From contig NC_092670.1 in NCBI RefSeq assembly GCF_964355755.1, positions 7,802,201-7,866,200 on the forward strand: a stretch of 64,000 nucleotides of DNA. Reading direction: 5' to 3'. Every line of letters starts with the position of its first letter. Position 1 is the stretch's first letter. The stretch comes from Antedon mediterranea. Taxonomy: Eukaryota; Animalia; Echinodermata. The notes below the pieces were generated by a model that did not search any database, was not told the origin of the DNA, and saw only the letters and a program-made list of their open reading frames with translations. Positions 39,453 to 53,435 of the stretch are shown here, piece after piece. Position numbers and translations under genes: made by a program.

Positions 39453-41463
39453 TAATGCACTTCTGTAATTAATTTTCACCTGGATTTCTTTACAAAAATT
39501 AAAACATGTAGAATCAATTTTATATAATAGTTTATGTATTTTTGTATGAATGTTAACTTTAAACTTGCAATATTGTATGCGTTTTGAATGGACTATCAAA
39601 TGTATTGTTAACATTCATTTACAGCCTTTAATAAGTTTGTATGTTTTCAATATAATGAAGCATGTCGGATATCAAAATAAAGAAAAAGAAAGATAGAAAA
39701 TTGAACAAAAAAAGTGATGGAACAAGTCTTGGCTGAAGGCAGGTAAGAAATCTACAATGAAAATATTTGTTATCCTCTTTAACATTATCCTACTTGGATG
39801 TAGAAAACAAGCAATTGTTTAGGTCTTATCTACATTTAAGAAGAGCTTGAGTGGTCACTGCTATCAGTCTAGACACTTCTCTAAGTGCCGTCGACGTACA
39901 TTGATCGGAGACGAAACAAGACTATAGTCCTACATGTTCCTCTTGCTTTGTCCTATAAGCGTGGAAGTGTATTCAAGGGATTATCTGGGGTCCAATTAAG
40001 TAGGCCCTATTATTCATTTTACGTTCTACCTGTTATTTGTTGTTACAAGGAATTTCTTTTGTTTACTTTCATGAGAATGTGCAGTCATTTTACAGCAGTA
40101 AATAATAAACATTAAAATACAGTAATAATTGATACTATATTAGGCCACATCAGACTAGAGATTTTTAAAAAGCAAATACTGTATCTTAATTCAATAAGAT
40201 AACCAAACCCTATACTATTATTAATACAATGATACAATACTGTGTTCGTGAGATTTATGTGTTGGATTTACAAATTTGAGGGAAGGGTGCGTTGGATGGA
40301 GGGCTATAGAAGAGTGGGAGAACTGCGGTAGAGCTACTTTAATTGAATTCTAAAACGAAATATGGCCTACACATTAGTTTAAATGTCTGTTACACACAAT
40401 CGCCTATTATGATACCGAGACCAAGATAGAGGTCCTACTGTATTGTCATTTATACATAATCCTACTGTATACCGGATTCCCAGCTTCTTACCACGCGAGC
40501 TTACCACGCGAGTTTTTTTTTTTTTTATAAACTTTATAAAGTGCCTATAGCTCAAACCTAATGAGCCAAGTAAGGTAATTACTACAGTTATCTTACAGAG
40601 TGAAGCGAGTTTGTTTTTCATCCTCGGCTGTTCACAATTGACATTCGGGTATCTCTGCAGGGTTTCCATGGATTATTCTCACCACCCTTTTCACCTGAAC
40701 TGTGTCTATGCCAATCCATATTGTGACGATAAGAATGGTTTTGAAAATAATTAAATTAACAAATACATTCACAATTGAAAACCCGTGGGAAATACCTATC
40801 TTGACAATAAAATGACTTTTAATTTATGCAACGGTTACTGATTATCCCTATTTTATAGTAATGTCACTTTTAAGCCCAGTAATTAATCAGCTTTTATGAT
40901 AAAGACCGTGGGAACATGGCTTGTTAAACTTTTTCACTGAGTTGTCCACATAAAAATGGAAACTGTAAAATGTTATAAACCTTCAGCATACTTTATTTAG
41001 GTCTATAAAACATGCAATATGTTATAAATTTAATATTTTCATGATTCCAAGACAATGGCAATTTGTTCTTATTATGCTCCATTCACAGACCAATAAATCT
41101 TTATTGATTAAAAAAATGTATGATTTTTAGGGGGAAAGGGAGCACATTTTTTGTTATGATGGAAGATAGAAATGAAGAATGGCTTCACTCTCATTATATT
41201 TATCATGTTATAATAATAACAAGTTTAGGTTTTCATGTTTAGGTAGGTGGTACAGTTTAACTTCTACTAAGGGAATACTCTCGGCACCAACAAAGTGTGT
41301 CCTTAATGTGGGTCATCTTAATTAATGTTTGTTTCCCTACTCTATTCGTTTTAAAATAATAATTAATATAAAAAAAGAAATATCTGATTTTTTTTAAGAG
41401 CGTCAGATGGATTCAAGCTGATTATTAAAGAATAAAATAATACTATTTATTCCGTTGTTGTAA

Positions 41464-41615
41464 AGCTCTGTCTACTATCAAACTTTATGTGACAAAAAAT
41501 TGTGATGTGCCCATGGACATGATGTCATCACTACCACATTTTGGCATATCACTACCACATTTAAGCACCCCTCACATTTTTTTTGTTCAACTAGTTTGAT
41601 AGTATAGACAGAGCT
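41464..41615. mobile_element. PIF/Harbinger (Tourist-like) MITE family A, complete
   Basis: TIRs AGCTCTGTCTA..CTATCAAACT / AGTTTGATAGTATAGACAGAGCT with a TAA TSD (41461-41463, 41616-41618). Related copies at 58823-58955 and 30816-31182, and partial copies near 2195-2310 and 29412-29440. Confidence 0.8.
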
Positions 41616-42801
41616 TAAGATGTTGGAGAATATCCGTGGGAAGACATATGCATTTGCATAATGACAATACAGCCACCCATTACCTATATAATGCATGCAA
41701 GACACTTGTTGCCAATTAGACAACCGCCCGAAAATCTTACATCAGACTCTCTGATGATTATTGAATATAAGGAGGCGAATTGTATTCTGATCAAGTTGAA
41801 TTAATTACACTTTTCCAGGCATCGGATTTAGACTTTTTGTTTCAGATTTTGGGAATTGGAAACGTTGATGTAGAGTTCGTTAGAGTTCCCATTAGCATTT
41901 ACAATATTAATGTATGTCACGGAATAATTTGTTTAAAATAATAATTAGGCCTATAGAAAATTAAACTGTCTATTCTACCATCGATTGATAAAATGCCAAA
42001 CGGTAAAGCCTATCTGTAATACCTGGTATAACATTATTATGAATAATAGTATTTGATTTTTGAAGTTATTTGATAAAAATTGTTTTTTGATGAGATATGA
42101 ATACTAAAACAATGTACTGAACAGTGATTGTATAAATGAATGAATAAATGGCCGAATGGTCTCAAACTACCTCATTGGTTTTTTTTTTATTCTTTACGAA
42201 CAAATGTAGCCAATATGCCTATGTATTGAGTATACAGAAAGACTAGGACTGTCTAATGCTATAATTGCAACATTGAAACAATGTCTATACTTTGGATATA
42301 GACCTCAATAAGCAGCTCAATAAGTCCACATTATCGAAAAGGCAATTTTAAATAAAAGATAACCCAGGCATGTAATTAATTAATGATTTCACACCATTCA
42401 CCCAACTGTAAAGCTATACTATTTTAGTTCTCTTCTTCTTGGGTCTAAATCGCGGCTCGCGCGTTTCTATCAACTCATTGTTGCAATCGTTATTATCAGC
42501 TTAGAATTAGATTCATCTTGTATCATTTACTTAATTCTAGTAAATGAGGTACTCAATAATGATTCGCGTGGAACCTTACTGAATAATGCAGACACTCGAC
42601 ACACTATCAATGTCCCAATTTGACTACGGTAACTTAGACAATTGAAAATGTTCCCCCCTTCTTATCTGTTTATGTATTAACAGTGCACAGTCTATTTTTT
42701 AATCACGCTGGAGCGAGGCAAACTCTCCCCCTGACGATAATTTATATCATGGAGGAAAAAAATAATAATAAAAATTTAATATACCATAGATTGCTCCTTA
42801 A

Positions 42802-43137
42802 AGATGTTTTGTCCGACTGAAAAGAAAAAACAATTTTTTAAAATTGTTGATGTTGAATATGCCATTTTAATGTCATATAATTGTTATCCACCTTAAACAA
42901 ATTTTAATTCAAAAAATATATATTACCTGGAAAAAACTGTAATTTAAAGCAAAAAATAATCAAATTGGCTGACAGCCAATGGTTTTTGGTTGAATTTGAC
43001 CATTTATTTTTACATTTTATATGAGAAAACATTTTTTTTTCTCGTGTTTTTTTTACGGAAGGGATTAACTTTATTAAAACTACAAAATACCGTAACCTAG
43101 TCTGATTTAATTACTCTTAATTGGGAGACAAACATCT
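42802..43137. mobile_element. Non-autonomous TTAA-targeting DNA element (Kolobok-like), family D
   Basis: TTAA|AGATGTTTTGTCC ... GGAGACAAACATCT|TTAA. Partial relatives near 43560-43790 and 52000-52300. Confidence 0.6.
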
Positions 43138-46100
43138 TTAAGGGGTTTCAATATCTAAAGTAAAAACTTGTTTTGTTTACATTTTTAACTAGGCCTAAAT
43201 ATAATTCGGTTTTTTTTCTTGGAAATATAATTTAGTAATTTCTGTTTTGTATTTTAACTACAATAAACGATGCAATGTGTTTGACTTGAATAATAAATTA
43301 AATACATTAGTAATGTTTAAAAATTACGAGATCTCCTGACGGTCGATGTGAAGCGTTTATCGCCTCCACCCTCAAGCATGAATTGAACAAATCTCATAGT
43401 TTAGGCCCACTTTTGAGGTTCCGTTTACCAGTTAAACAAGATAAGATGCGCTTTTTATATTTTTTCATATGCGCATTATTCAAGGACGAGCGCGTATAAC
43501 AAAATTGGATCGTGAAATTAAAACACGCACGGTCTCAGTTTATAATCAATTATTTATATTTATATTTATTATTATAAAATTAGCTGAAAACTGTAATTTA
43601 CAGCAATACGGTAAATCAAATTGCCTGCAAGTCAATGGGTTTTTGTTGAATTTAAGCGTTTATTTTTTCTTTTTATCCTTGGAAACATTTTTTTCTACGG
43701 AGGTGATTAACTTTAAAACTGCGATCTATTCAGTCTTTTTTTTTTAACCTTCATTTTCATGTTTTTGAGGGACAATACATCGTTTAGAAAATCAAACTTT
43801 TTTTTAAAGAATTGGGAGAAACAGACAGAAAAGAACATCATATCCTGGGGTAATTCGGGAACCACAATGCACATTATTGATTAAAAGGTGTAAATACATG
43901 AGACGTGTGGCTTTGTTGACTGGTAGGCTGTTCAAACAGATAAACACACATAGCCTACACAAATGGTTATTTAAAGTACACTAGTTATTATGTTATTGGT
44001 ACAGGAAAAAGCATCATGTTTAACTAGTACACAAATTGTGTAGAGGTGGGATAGCTTAGGCCTATTTCCTTTTTAGGGTAAAAAAAATCACACTTTGTCA
44101 CATAATAAGCACTTAAAATCTTAACAAACAATTCCTAACAACCTGTTAACAAACCAAGGACAAGTTGTATACGGCTAGGTTGTATAGAAAGTCAGGCAAT
44201 TAGCAATTTCTAGGTGGTAATGGTCTTCTTTTAGGCCCTCCTTCAAATGGATAAATCTACCCCGACGACAGGCATGCGCCCCATACAATATCAATGTATA
44301 AATGCTGGCCTTGGCGTGCTTGGTGTAATAGCAGGCGACTTCATGTTGTTCAATGAATGTCTTACAACAATCTCGAGTTGAAAGCTTTACATTTCGTCGT
44401 GATTCGTACAGGTAATCATGGATTGTTTGTTATGTGTCTATAGTACTTTCGCGTGCACACTTTGAATGGCCACCTCGACACTTAAAGGGATTACGAACGA
44501 CTTACTGAGCCTGGCCACAAGCCGCTACCCGGGTGTCTTACAAATAAGTTAACCTCTCGTAGGCCTTTCTTGTCTAGTCTTTCTTTTCTACAGGTAGGCC
44601 TCACATGCAATAAATAACTTTGTCTCGCTCGCACGTGTCTAATAAAATGTACTTGTAGCTGCATGCACCCAGGTCACGTGAATGATCAGAATAATCAATT
44701 ACATCTCAACAGGGAGGTAGCATCAATATTATTATACTATTTATACTTATTGTACGTGTAATAAACAGCACAGTGTTACAGAACACACGTGGTAAATCGT
44801 GTGCCTGTTATATAATAAACTAATTTTAATTTAAACCAAAAGAGGGCGTTTAGTTAAGGCATAATACCGTCCCTTCAAATATCGTGTCATAATTGACTAA
44901 ACGAAATTAACAAAACAAAAAAATTTCAGAAACGTAAAAGATATATAAATATAAAAAGGGGTCATAAAAAAGATGAATAAATAACGTTTAATTAATTAAG
45001 GATGGTATATTCGATTTACGAAATCTTTCCATGCAAAGCCTAACCATACTACTGCACTAGTAGAAGATAAATATTTTGGCACGTATGTCCGAGTCCATGT
45101 ACTTGAGCCCACACCACAAATTGAAACGCGTTGCCGACTGGTGAACAAATGAAACACAGACTTGGGTCCACACATAAAATAGGACAAATTCGAGAGTTGG
45201 GCGTTTTTGAATGTGTGTTTCACCAAGTTGAATATGGAACACTGTTCTGAAGAATGTGAAAATATGCCTAGCGCCATCTATATAAATGGAAGTTTAATTT
45301 CCTGAATTATCTTGGTATAAGACAACTATTAAAGTATAAATATAAGGCTCATGTGCGCCAACATTATTATACATGTGGTACACACACGATACACGCACGG
45401 TCTCATCAGCGCTATGACAAACGTAGATACGATGCCCCTTTTTATACTAAGGCCTATCATCAGGGCAGAGATATTTACATGGTTTATAAGGCAACACTGG
45501 CTCTAGAACAGTAGTTTAATGTGTTGATACGTTTAAAGCGGTTTTCTGTTGGGACAGCATAAACACACTCAAACTACGATAAATCAAAGTGTTTATTATC
45601 AAATGATAACTATGTCATCGATACTAACAATGGAAAAGTGTTATTTATTTAAAACATACAGGGATAATTACAATAAAATAATATTTTCAGCCTAAAATAT
45701 CTTTTCAAAAATGAGTTGCTACTTAAAACTAATAAGTGTGAACATTTTTATGAGAACAATGGGGAAAGTGAAACACTTTTAACGACAACAAATTCTATTC
45801 TTGCCTTAAAAATAATGTTCTTATATTTTTGTATTATTTCACAATTTAAAAAGCAATAAAGAATAATTATTGTTTTGTCTGTGAAGTACATCGGGGGAAT
45901 AATAAAATGGCTACCTCGACGAATGTTCCCATAGAGGTCATCCAAAGTTCCATTGGACTATCAACCATGCTCAGTGGCTTCTCATATCTTCATTTGCTAC
46001 CAAAAAAAAAAAAAAAAACAGTTTACTCATAATGATTTAATTTTGACAGTAATCAAGTCCAAACTAGAGAGTCCCCAGATAGAAAGTGTGGGGTTGGGGG

Positions 46101-49100
46101 GCAAAGCAAGATGGAAATTTTTTAGGTCTCTAATTCGATACGAGAAAGGAACTTCCAGTTAATTTCCAAAAGTGCTTATTATACTAGAGGGCGGTATAGG
46201 AAAAATACTATAATATTAACAAAAAAGAAACAAGTTAGGGGCCTATCTAAATTTCAGAAAATAATTCTATTTTGTTTTTGTTGTAATATTCTAGAAATAA
46301 TGCTATATTTTGGGAAATAGAAAACATAACCAAATGGAATGCAACATTATGCTAGATTTTTAGAAATATTGCTAAATAGCTGGTTAGATATAGCTAATAT
46401 CGGTAAAGTCCATATACCTTTCAAATAAAAAACACAATATTTCGCAATAGCACAAATTCCAGTGTTCACATGATGAAAACGGCAGCTGGAATTTAAACAG
46501 CAAACCTTGGAAACTAGGCCTGTGTGTCTGCCACAAAAAATATTAACATAGATGTTGAAAGATCATGTACTGTTTTTCTGAACTGTTTTTTTTACAAACA
46601 TGGTTGTTCACTTATTTTAATTGCTAAAGGCCTATAGGAAAATGTAATCATTAATCTATCATGCTTATATATGTTGACTCTTTCAGGGAAATCCAGGGTA
46701 TCCGTTAAGTATTTTCAGCACAACTGTCAAATGTTTGCCATCAGAAATAAAAACTTTAAAAATAAAAGACCTAGATTGGCTTTGGGCCATGCGTTTGCAG
46801 GTATCTATATCAAATCACCTTGAACGTACAGTGGTATACTTAGAGTACTTACCTATAGGGAGTATATCAAATCAATATTAATACTAACAGGAAAAAAAAA
46901 TAAAGTAATATAATAGGATAAACGTACTTCACGAACTTTACTTGTTTTTTTGAAGATTAATGATAGAGCAGTTGGTGGCGAACCCAAGAGTATCGGAACA
47001 TCTCTGATTTGGCGACAATAACGGTAACCTTGCTTCAGAAAATAATTATGAGTGACGGAACTGCACAAAAACATAATACGTGCACTCTTTGGATATAAAA
47101 AAAACCGGTTGAATATAATATTATACCACATGACATGTGATAAGGAAAGCAATTATTGACCACTATAGAATTAATTCAATAAAAACATTTGCCCTAGTGA
47201 TTAACGGGCATGTTGGTCAATCGCGTAAAGAATTTGTCCAAATTATGGCTCTTGTTAAAAATGTCCATAGCAAAGCAATTACCCAAAATGCACAAAGCCT
47301 GACAGTGACATGGTCAACAGCGTGATGATTGCACGTCCAGTCCGGAGGACGATAACAAATAGTAAAGTATATGCTTGTATATCTTTCTCTTGAATATTGC
47401 AAGATTACCAAGCATAGCCTACTTCCAGTCCCTGTGATTGTGAAGCTCAAGCCACTTTGGGCCTTTCTGATGAATGACAGCGGGTGGGTTAAAGTTTAAA
47501 GTGCAAACCGAGACTCATGACGTTAGACCGTTTTATAACAATACTCTTACATTTTGCTAAAATCTAGAAACAATTCGTATTCACAGAATAATGGTCATCG
47601 AACCCAATTATTTAACAAGAAAAGAAACTGCCAAAAATTGTTGATGATAAGTTAATGTCCTGCACCAGGATGTTCAACGCATCCACCCGCAAGAGACCAA
47701 TGCGGCTTTGTATTGACCCATTGTAGGCCAACATTGTAATGAAAAAACGCCTGTTTAGTTCATGTATCAACATTCAACCCATGGGTTAAAGATTACTTGT
47801 TATTGTTCAGATCCATTTTCATACCGTCCTGGTTCCTGGGTCACGTTTCTGGCAGTGGGTTATGGCACAGTGTCAACAGGTAATCCGCCACAACCTACAC
47901 ATAATCCAACTAGCTTTTAGTTTCTGGTTAGGAAAGCGAGTGCCATGGCTAAATGTTTCCTGCTATGATTTTTTCAGTATACCATAGCGTATATACACAT
48001 TTAACAATAGGGAAATCCAGTGGTCTCACGCATCAAACATAAAGGTGCAAGTTCGGTTCTATGCGTCTGCCGCCATTTATATTAGTCCTATTTTATTTTT
48101 AGTGATATCACTGGGAAGTTTATAAATAGTGGGCCTAATTATCTTCTGCTAAGGTTTATTTAAACAATTATGTATGTTGAATGCCTATAGTTTTTTAAAC
48201 ATTTAGAAGTACTTTGGTTTTGAAATAGGAAAGGTGTCGGGTAAAGAGTGCGTAGGCCAATTTACCCTTTTTAAAATATTATATGCTGTATTGTGTTAAT
48301 AAATGTTAATAGATGAATAATAATTCATCATCGTATATTCGTGTAATTTTGTATGCGTGTGGCCACTCAGTGTCAATGTGTCATACGTCACTGACAACGA
48401 CACAATAGACAGTTGCAATCTGGGGAGAAATATTGTTATTACAATGATTTCATATTTTGATATTTATAACCATTGCCCTTTTGCTGAACTTGAAACATGT
48501 ACAATACAGTAATTGGTTATAAGTAATATAAGGTTGTTGAACTACTGTGTGTAGTATTGACGTTATTAGGCCTATAACAGCCAGACAAAACTATAGTGGT
48601 GCTAATAAGAAAAACCACACTGACTAGGAATATGTTCAAACGCTTCAAGACCCCTTTCAATAAGAACCCCAGTTTTGCGAATTTGATATCAAGTTTTCAA
48701 AACACTTTATACGAATTCAGTTTGTGTAGCCTTAAATGGAAATACAATATAACTATAATTCAACTGTTTACAGCTAGATGCTGTGTGCTTCCTCAGTAAA
48801 TGAATTATACCGTTTACCTATTATTGTTTTTATTTCCTTAATGTTTGGAAATGTTGTTTCTTCTTAGCGGTGCTTAGAGAGGAACACAAACCAACTGTTG
48901 GTTGATGAAAATAAATGGAGCGAAAAACAGGTTGGCCTTGTACAATCTTAAGGGAACAACATTGTGTTTTGACTATATAACCTATCCAATGCTTCTGGGT
49001 GTAATAACGTTATTTATTCAAAGGTATAAGCAAGTTGCATTGCCATAACTAGTAATCGTGTGTAATCAGGGAGAAACAAAATTAATAATTATTTTTATTT

Positions 49101-49449
49101 TATTGCTCTGTGGAATTAACCTATTTAAATGAGTTAAACACATTTTTTTTACGGCTTCTTTATTTTTAATATACAGTATTACGAGTAATGTGTCAAAATA
49201 CCAGACAAAATTTAGTTAAAGCACCTCTGTGGATTTTTCTGATGGTATAATTGATGGTCATGAACAGTTTCAATTAAATAAACGGTACATTTTCCAATAG
49301 TATAGGCACCCAATTCTCGGTACTGTATCATAGGAATATTCCGTAGTATTACGTGTTTAACATGAATTGCCTAGTCTCATCAAGCAAGGCAATCTAATTG
49401 CCTCGAACTATAACCTAACTTTTCCTCATACAGGCACCATACGTGATCA

Positions 49450-49623
49450 AGCTTGGTTCCCACTAGAACGTAACGCAAGGACGTAAACGCAACGCAAGCG
49501 TTTTAACCAATGACAAGCGAAGTTATAGACAGTTAGCAATCACAAGCGAATAAGCCATCGCTTGTGATTGGTCAATGCACTTGCGTTGCGTTACGTCGTT
49601 GTGTTGCTAGTGGGAACCACGCT
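49450..49623. mobile_element. Palindromic Harbinger-like MITE family B, complete
   Basis: TIRs AGCTTGGTTCCCACTAG / CTAGTGGGAACCACGCT, internal inverted pairs AACGCAACGCAAG / CTTGCGTTGCGTT and CAATCACAAGCGA / TCGCTTGTGATTG, and flanks TCA/TTA. Confidence 0.8.
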
Positions 49624-52600
49624 TTAACATTGGGCTGCTGTAATACGGAATGCTCTACCTTTATAATTGTTGTATGTGAAGAAATACAACTCTTGTTATC
49701 GGATATGCCTATTTAATTATGGTGTTCTTTTTTTCTATAAACTTTTTTTCTATCTTTTTTGTTCGATAGACGAAGACGACCGCTTTAAACTCGTTTTACA
49801 GTCAATCCCACCTGTACAGATTCTAGGTTATTCGTCCCGCATTAAACTTACTCAAAATCGTGTTCAAAATATCGACTTCGATTCTTATAAGTAATAAATC
49901 TCATTCTACCTTTGCGGTGCGTAAATCATTCTATTATAAATCCGATATTACTTGAACGTTTGTAAATCCCCTGCTTACTAGAATATCAAGTGCATGAAGT
50001 TAGTGAATAACTTAAGATAGATATAACTGACATTTTTGGATTACCCATAGTTTAAACGTTCAGGTTAAATTATCAGAAACGGGTACTGTAATTTTAAAAT
50101 TGTGAAATGTCTTATAGGCGAAAGACCGACATTTTCTATTTTAAGAAATCTTATCATAGATCTATACTCAAATTATATTTTAATCAAATCAATATCTCAA
50201 TATATGTACGTAGGCATAATTCAATGTAATGTATTTAATTATACAACTATTAACTGTAGCGTCCAATTCAAAAATAAAAAAATGTAATAGCCCCCTCTAT
50301 TGGTAGTCTGGAATCTACAACTTTAAAAATAGTCACGAGAGGTTTGTCTCCTGCGGTTCAATAAATCCTAATTATCGCCTTAATTCATGCATATAAATCA
50401 ACGAGTTGATCTTGGTCAAATAGATTTACCTTGCTATAAGAGGCGACGAGGGAGTGTGGTTCACATACCGTGCAATACAAAATTATTGTAATAAGAAAAA
50501 TAAAGGAAACAACTGTGAAAAAAGTCGTCTCAACTAGAGACCAAAACGCTCTTGGTATAAAGAGCATCTACCATCAGATTCTTTGGGGCTTCCATGGTAT
50601 GTTGAGACGGTGCGGTACCAGCAGTTGTTCTCAGCTGTACAGTGTGTGCAGTTAAAAAATGTTAAATGAAATATCGTCTAAACCACTCGTCTGTAAATTC
50701 AGTTTTGTTCGTTAAGAACTATTTATTTATTTAAAAATAAATGAATAGATGATTACATAAATTAAATTGCGTTAAAAAAATCGAATGATAATTGTCAAAA
50801 TATGGATACAAAATGAAAATCGTTACGTTGGTATAGCCTAAAACTCTATTTGCCTTCTCCTAGCTCAACAATAGGCAGTGTTTGTTTTTGGTTAATATGC
50901 CTTTTCTATGATAACAAACAAATTATACCCTGGCTGTCGACATGCCTCTTTAAAACAATGAGGTCTAGACTATACTAGATAGAAAAGTATGGTATTCAAC
51001 AAATCGGAATGAGTGCGGGGACAATTCCAAACTTGATCGGCACAAGCCACATGCTGACAGTAGGCCTACAGTAGGCTAGATAGAGCGGGCCTCTTATTTC
51101 ATGTCAATTTTTCTAAAAGCTCTACTGTACTTTTATATTCGGGGCCCAGACAGAAGTTTTACGAGGAACGACTACCTGTCAAAGCAACCAGCATAAATGC
51201 CTATAATTTATAATTTAAGACGTGCGTGAAAGCCGGGCCTCCTGAACGGCGTAATTCTGATGATCTCAATATATTGCTTTTCAAGAAAGTTAACAAGGAA
51301 AGATGTTGCGATATTTTTGTTACATTATTATTGCGTAATGGAACAACTTCTTCTCCACATCGTTCTATCAGGAAGATGTAAACCTCACTGGTTCTATAGA
51401 GAAAACTTCTAGCGAATAGTTCTTCTGATTCTATCTCATTAGTTCCGTATCCAATACATACACAAGAGTATGCACTGTGAACAATACGCATATTGTCCGT
51501 TTTTGTCAGATTAATACATTCAATCTCTAGGAAATGTTTCCATTATAGACAAATCGTCCTAAATGAACTGATAATGGCTCGAGTACTTAACATTTTTAAT
51601 AATTATCGATTTAGGAATTAATTAACTAAATTACGCAAAACAATTTTTTCACGTTTAAATAACTGATCGCAAAACGTCAATTCTGCCAATTTACTGTATT
51701 CTTCACATTGAACAGACAAATTACTAATTTATTAGATTTGAGTTTAATTATTTAATTTCCGTATACAATCTCATTATGATGTTGAAGGAGAACATGACCA
51801 CGAAAGTATATTTCTGACGCAGTGGCCAGCAGCAGACAGACCGTGAAAACGAGGACGAGATCCGGCCAAGGTTTGGCCTACTCACCGCAAGAAGATCGTC
51901 TGTTTGGCCCATTCAGATTTCTTTTATAATCAATTTTTATAATCGGTTTTGAAAGATGTATTTTACAGAAAATAAATTAATAGGCCTACATTAAATATAT
52001 ATTCCGGCTGATTTTTTTATATTATTTTCTTGTTAAATATGTCATATTAATGTCACATAATTAACAGTATTAATTTCAACCAAAAAATAGATAGATAAAA
52101 AGAAGTATATTGCCTAACACTAACAAAATTGTAATTTAAATTAAAAAAATAGTCAAATTGTAAGAATTTTGGTTTAATTTAACAGTTTATTTTGGCCTAT
52201 AATAAGTGAAACCATTATTTGTGTTCAATAAATTCCTAAATGGCCTATTCAAATTCTTGTTAATCTTCGTTTTCATGTTTTTAGTTGAAATATCTTTAAA
52301 AACAGATAGAACAACAACAAATGCAATGTTTGTCCAGCCGCCACACTCTTTCAGTTAATGTTTTTCTTTTATTAAAACTGTTCTCAATAAATTGAAAAAA
52401 ATAAATATAATTTTGAATTTAAAATAAAAACACATTATATACGTCATTATAGGCTTATCACTTTAAAATCAACTAATAAAAATCTCAAAAGCATTAAAAA
52501 ATCATCTTTAAAAATAGACTGGAAGCAGTTTTCTTACACGTACTTTATTGTGTCGATGTATTTTAATCCACAAACTACCGGTAATTATCACCACGGCCTA

Positions 52601-53345
52601 ACAATTTCCTGCTATTGAAATACCTACTTCAATTTATCGAAATCATTGAAAAAAAAGTATATTCTTTACCTGATCGGCTTATGAATATACTGTATATAAT
52701 ATAAATCGGTAAAGTCTTGAGTCGGTCAATCACTCTTAAAATGATTATATTTCCAGCACGTTTAGAGTTTCAGATGGGGATTTCATTAAGGATATATAAA
52801 CCATCGTACGTTTTTTAACTATTTATGCTAATCCATGTGTATTTTAATGATAATTCGAAGTTATTTAGTATTACATTCCACGTGTCAAAAGAGCAAACGA
52901 AACTTGTCGACCGTCATGAACTAAATCGTTAATTATCGACTTTTAAATACCGTGGTCGTTTGTACTGTATATTATTACGAAAATATGAGCGCAGGTTGTA
53001 TACGTATGAAACGCCATATGTGCCAAAATATCTTTTAACTAATTTCGGTCTAGAACCTATACTATTGTATATTGTTATACATTCAATAAACACAATTCAG
53101 CTATTTGGTCATTTCAGTAATAATTAGATCGGATGAATATGTAGACTGAGTAGGAGGTTCGAAGTGGGAGTAGGGATGTTTAGGCTAAGTTAGGCATGCA
53201 CTCCCCGCCCGAGAAATTTCGGTTCTATTTCTATTATTTCAAGTCATTATTTCATGTTTGATCAAGATGAATTTAATAAATTAATTAGTTGAAAGATATT
53301 GTCATTTCGATATACGATTGGATAAGATGAACACGTATGCCCGAG

Positions 53346-53435
53346 AGGTGGTGGAAATAAAAGTCGGGTAGTAGGTGGTGTAAAGTCGGATAGGGTTTGT
53401 AAAGTCGGGTAGGTGGTGGAAAGTCGGGTAGGTAG
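53346..53435. repeat. ~20-bp minisatellite (AAAGTCGGGTAGGTGGTGG), about 4 copies
   Basis: AAAGTCGG recurs near 53359, 53382, 53401 and 53420. Confidence 0.8.

Noticed and set aside
40379-40669. 96-aa ORF and the other 60-105-aa ORFs in intergenic DNA
   Set aside because: No recognisable domains, composition typical of AT-rich non-coding DNA, and several cross homopolymer runs or repeats.
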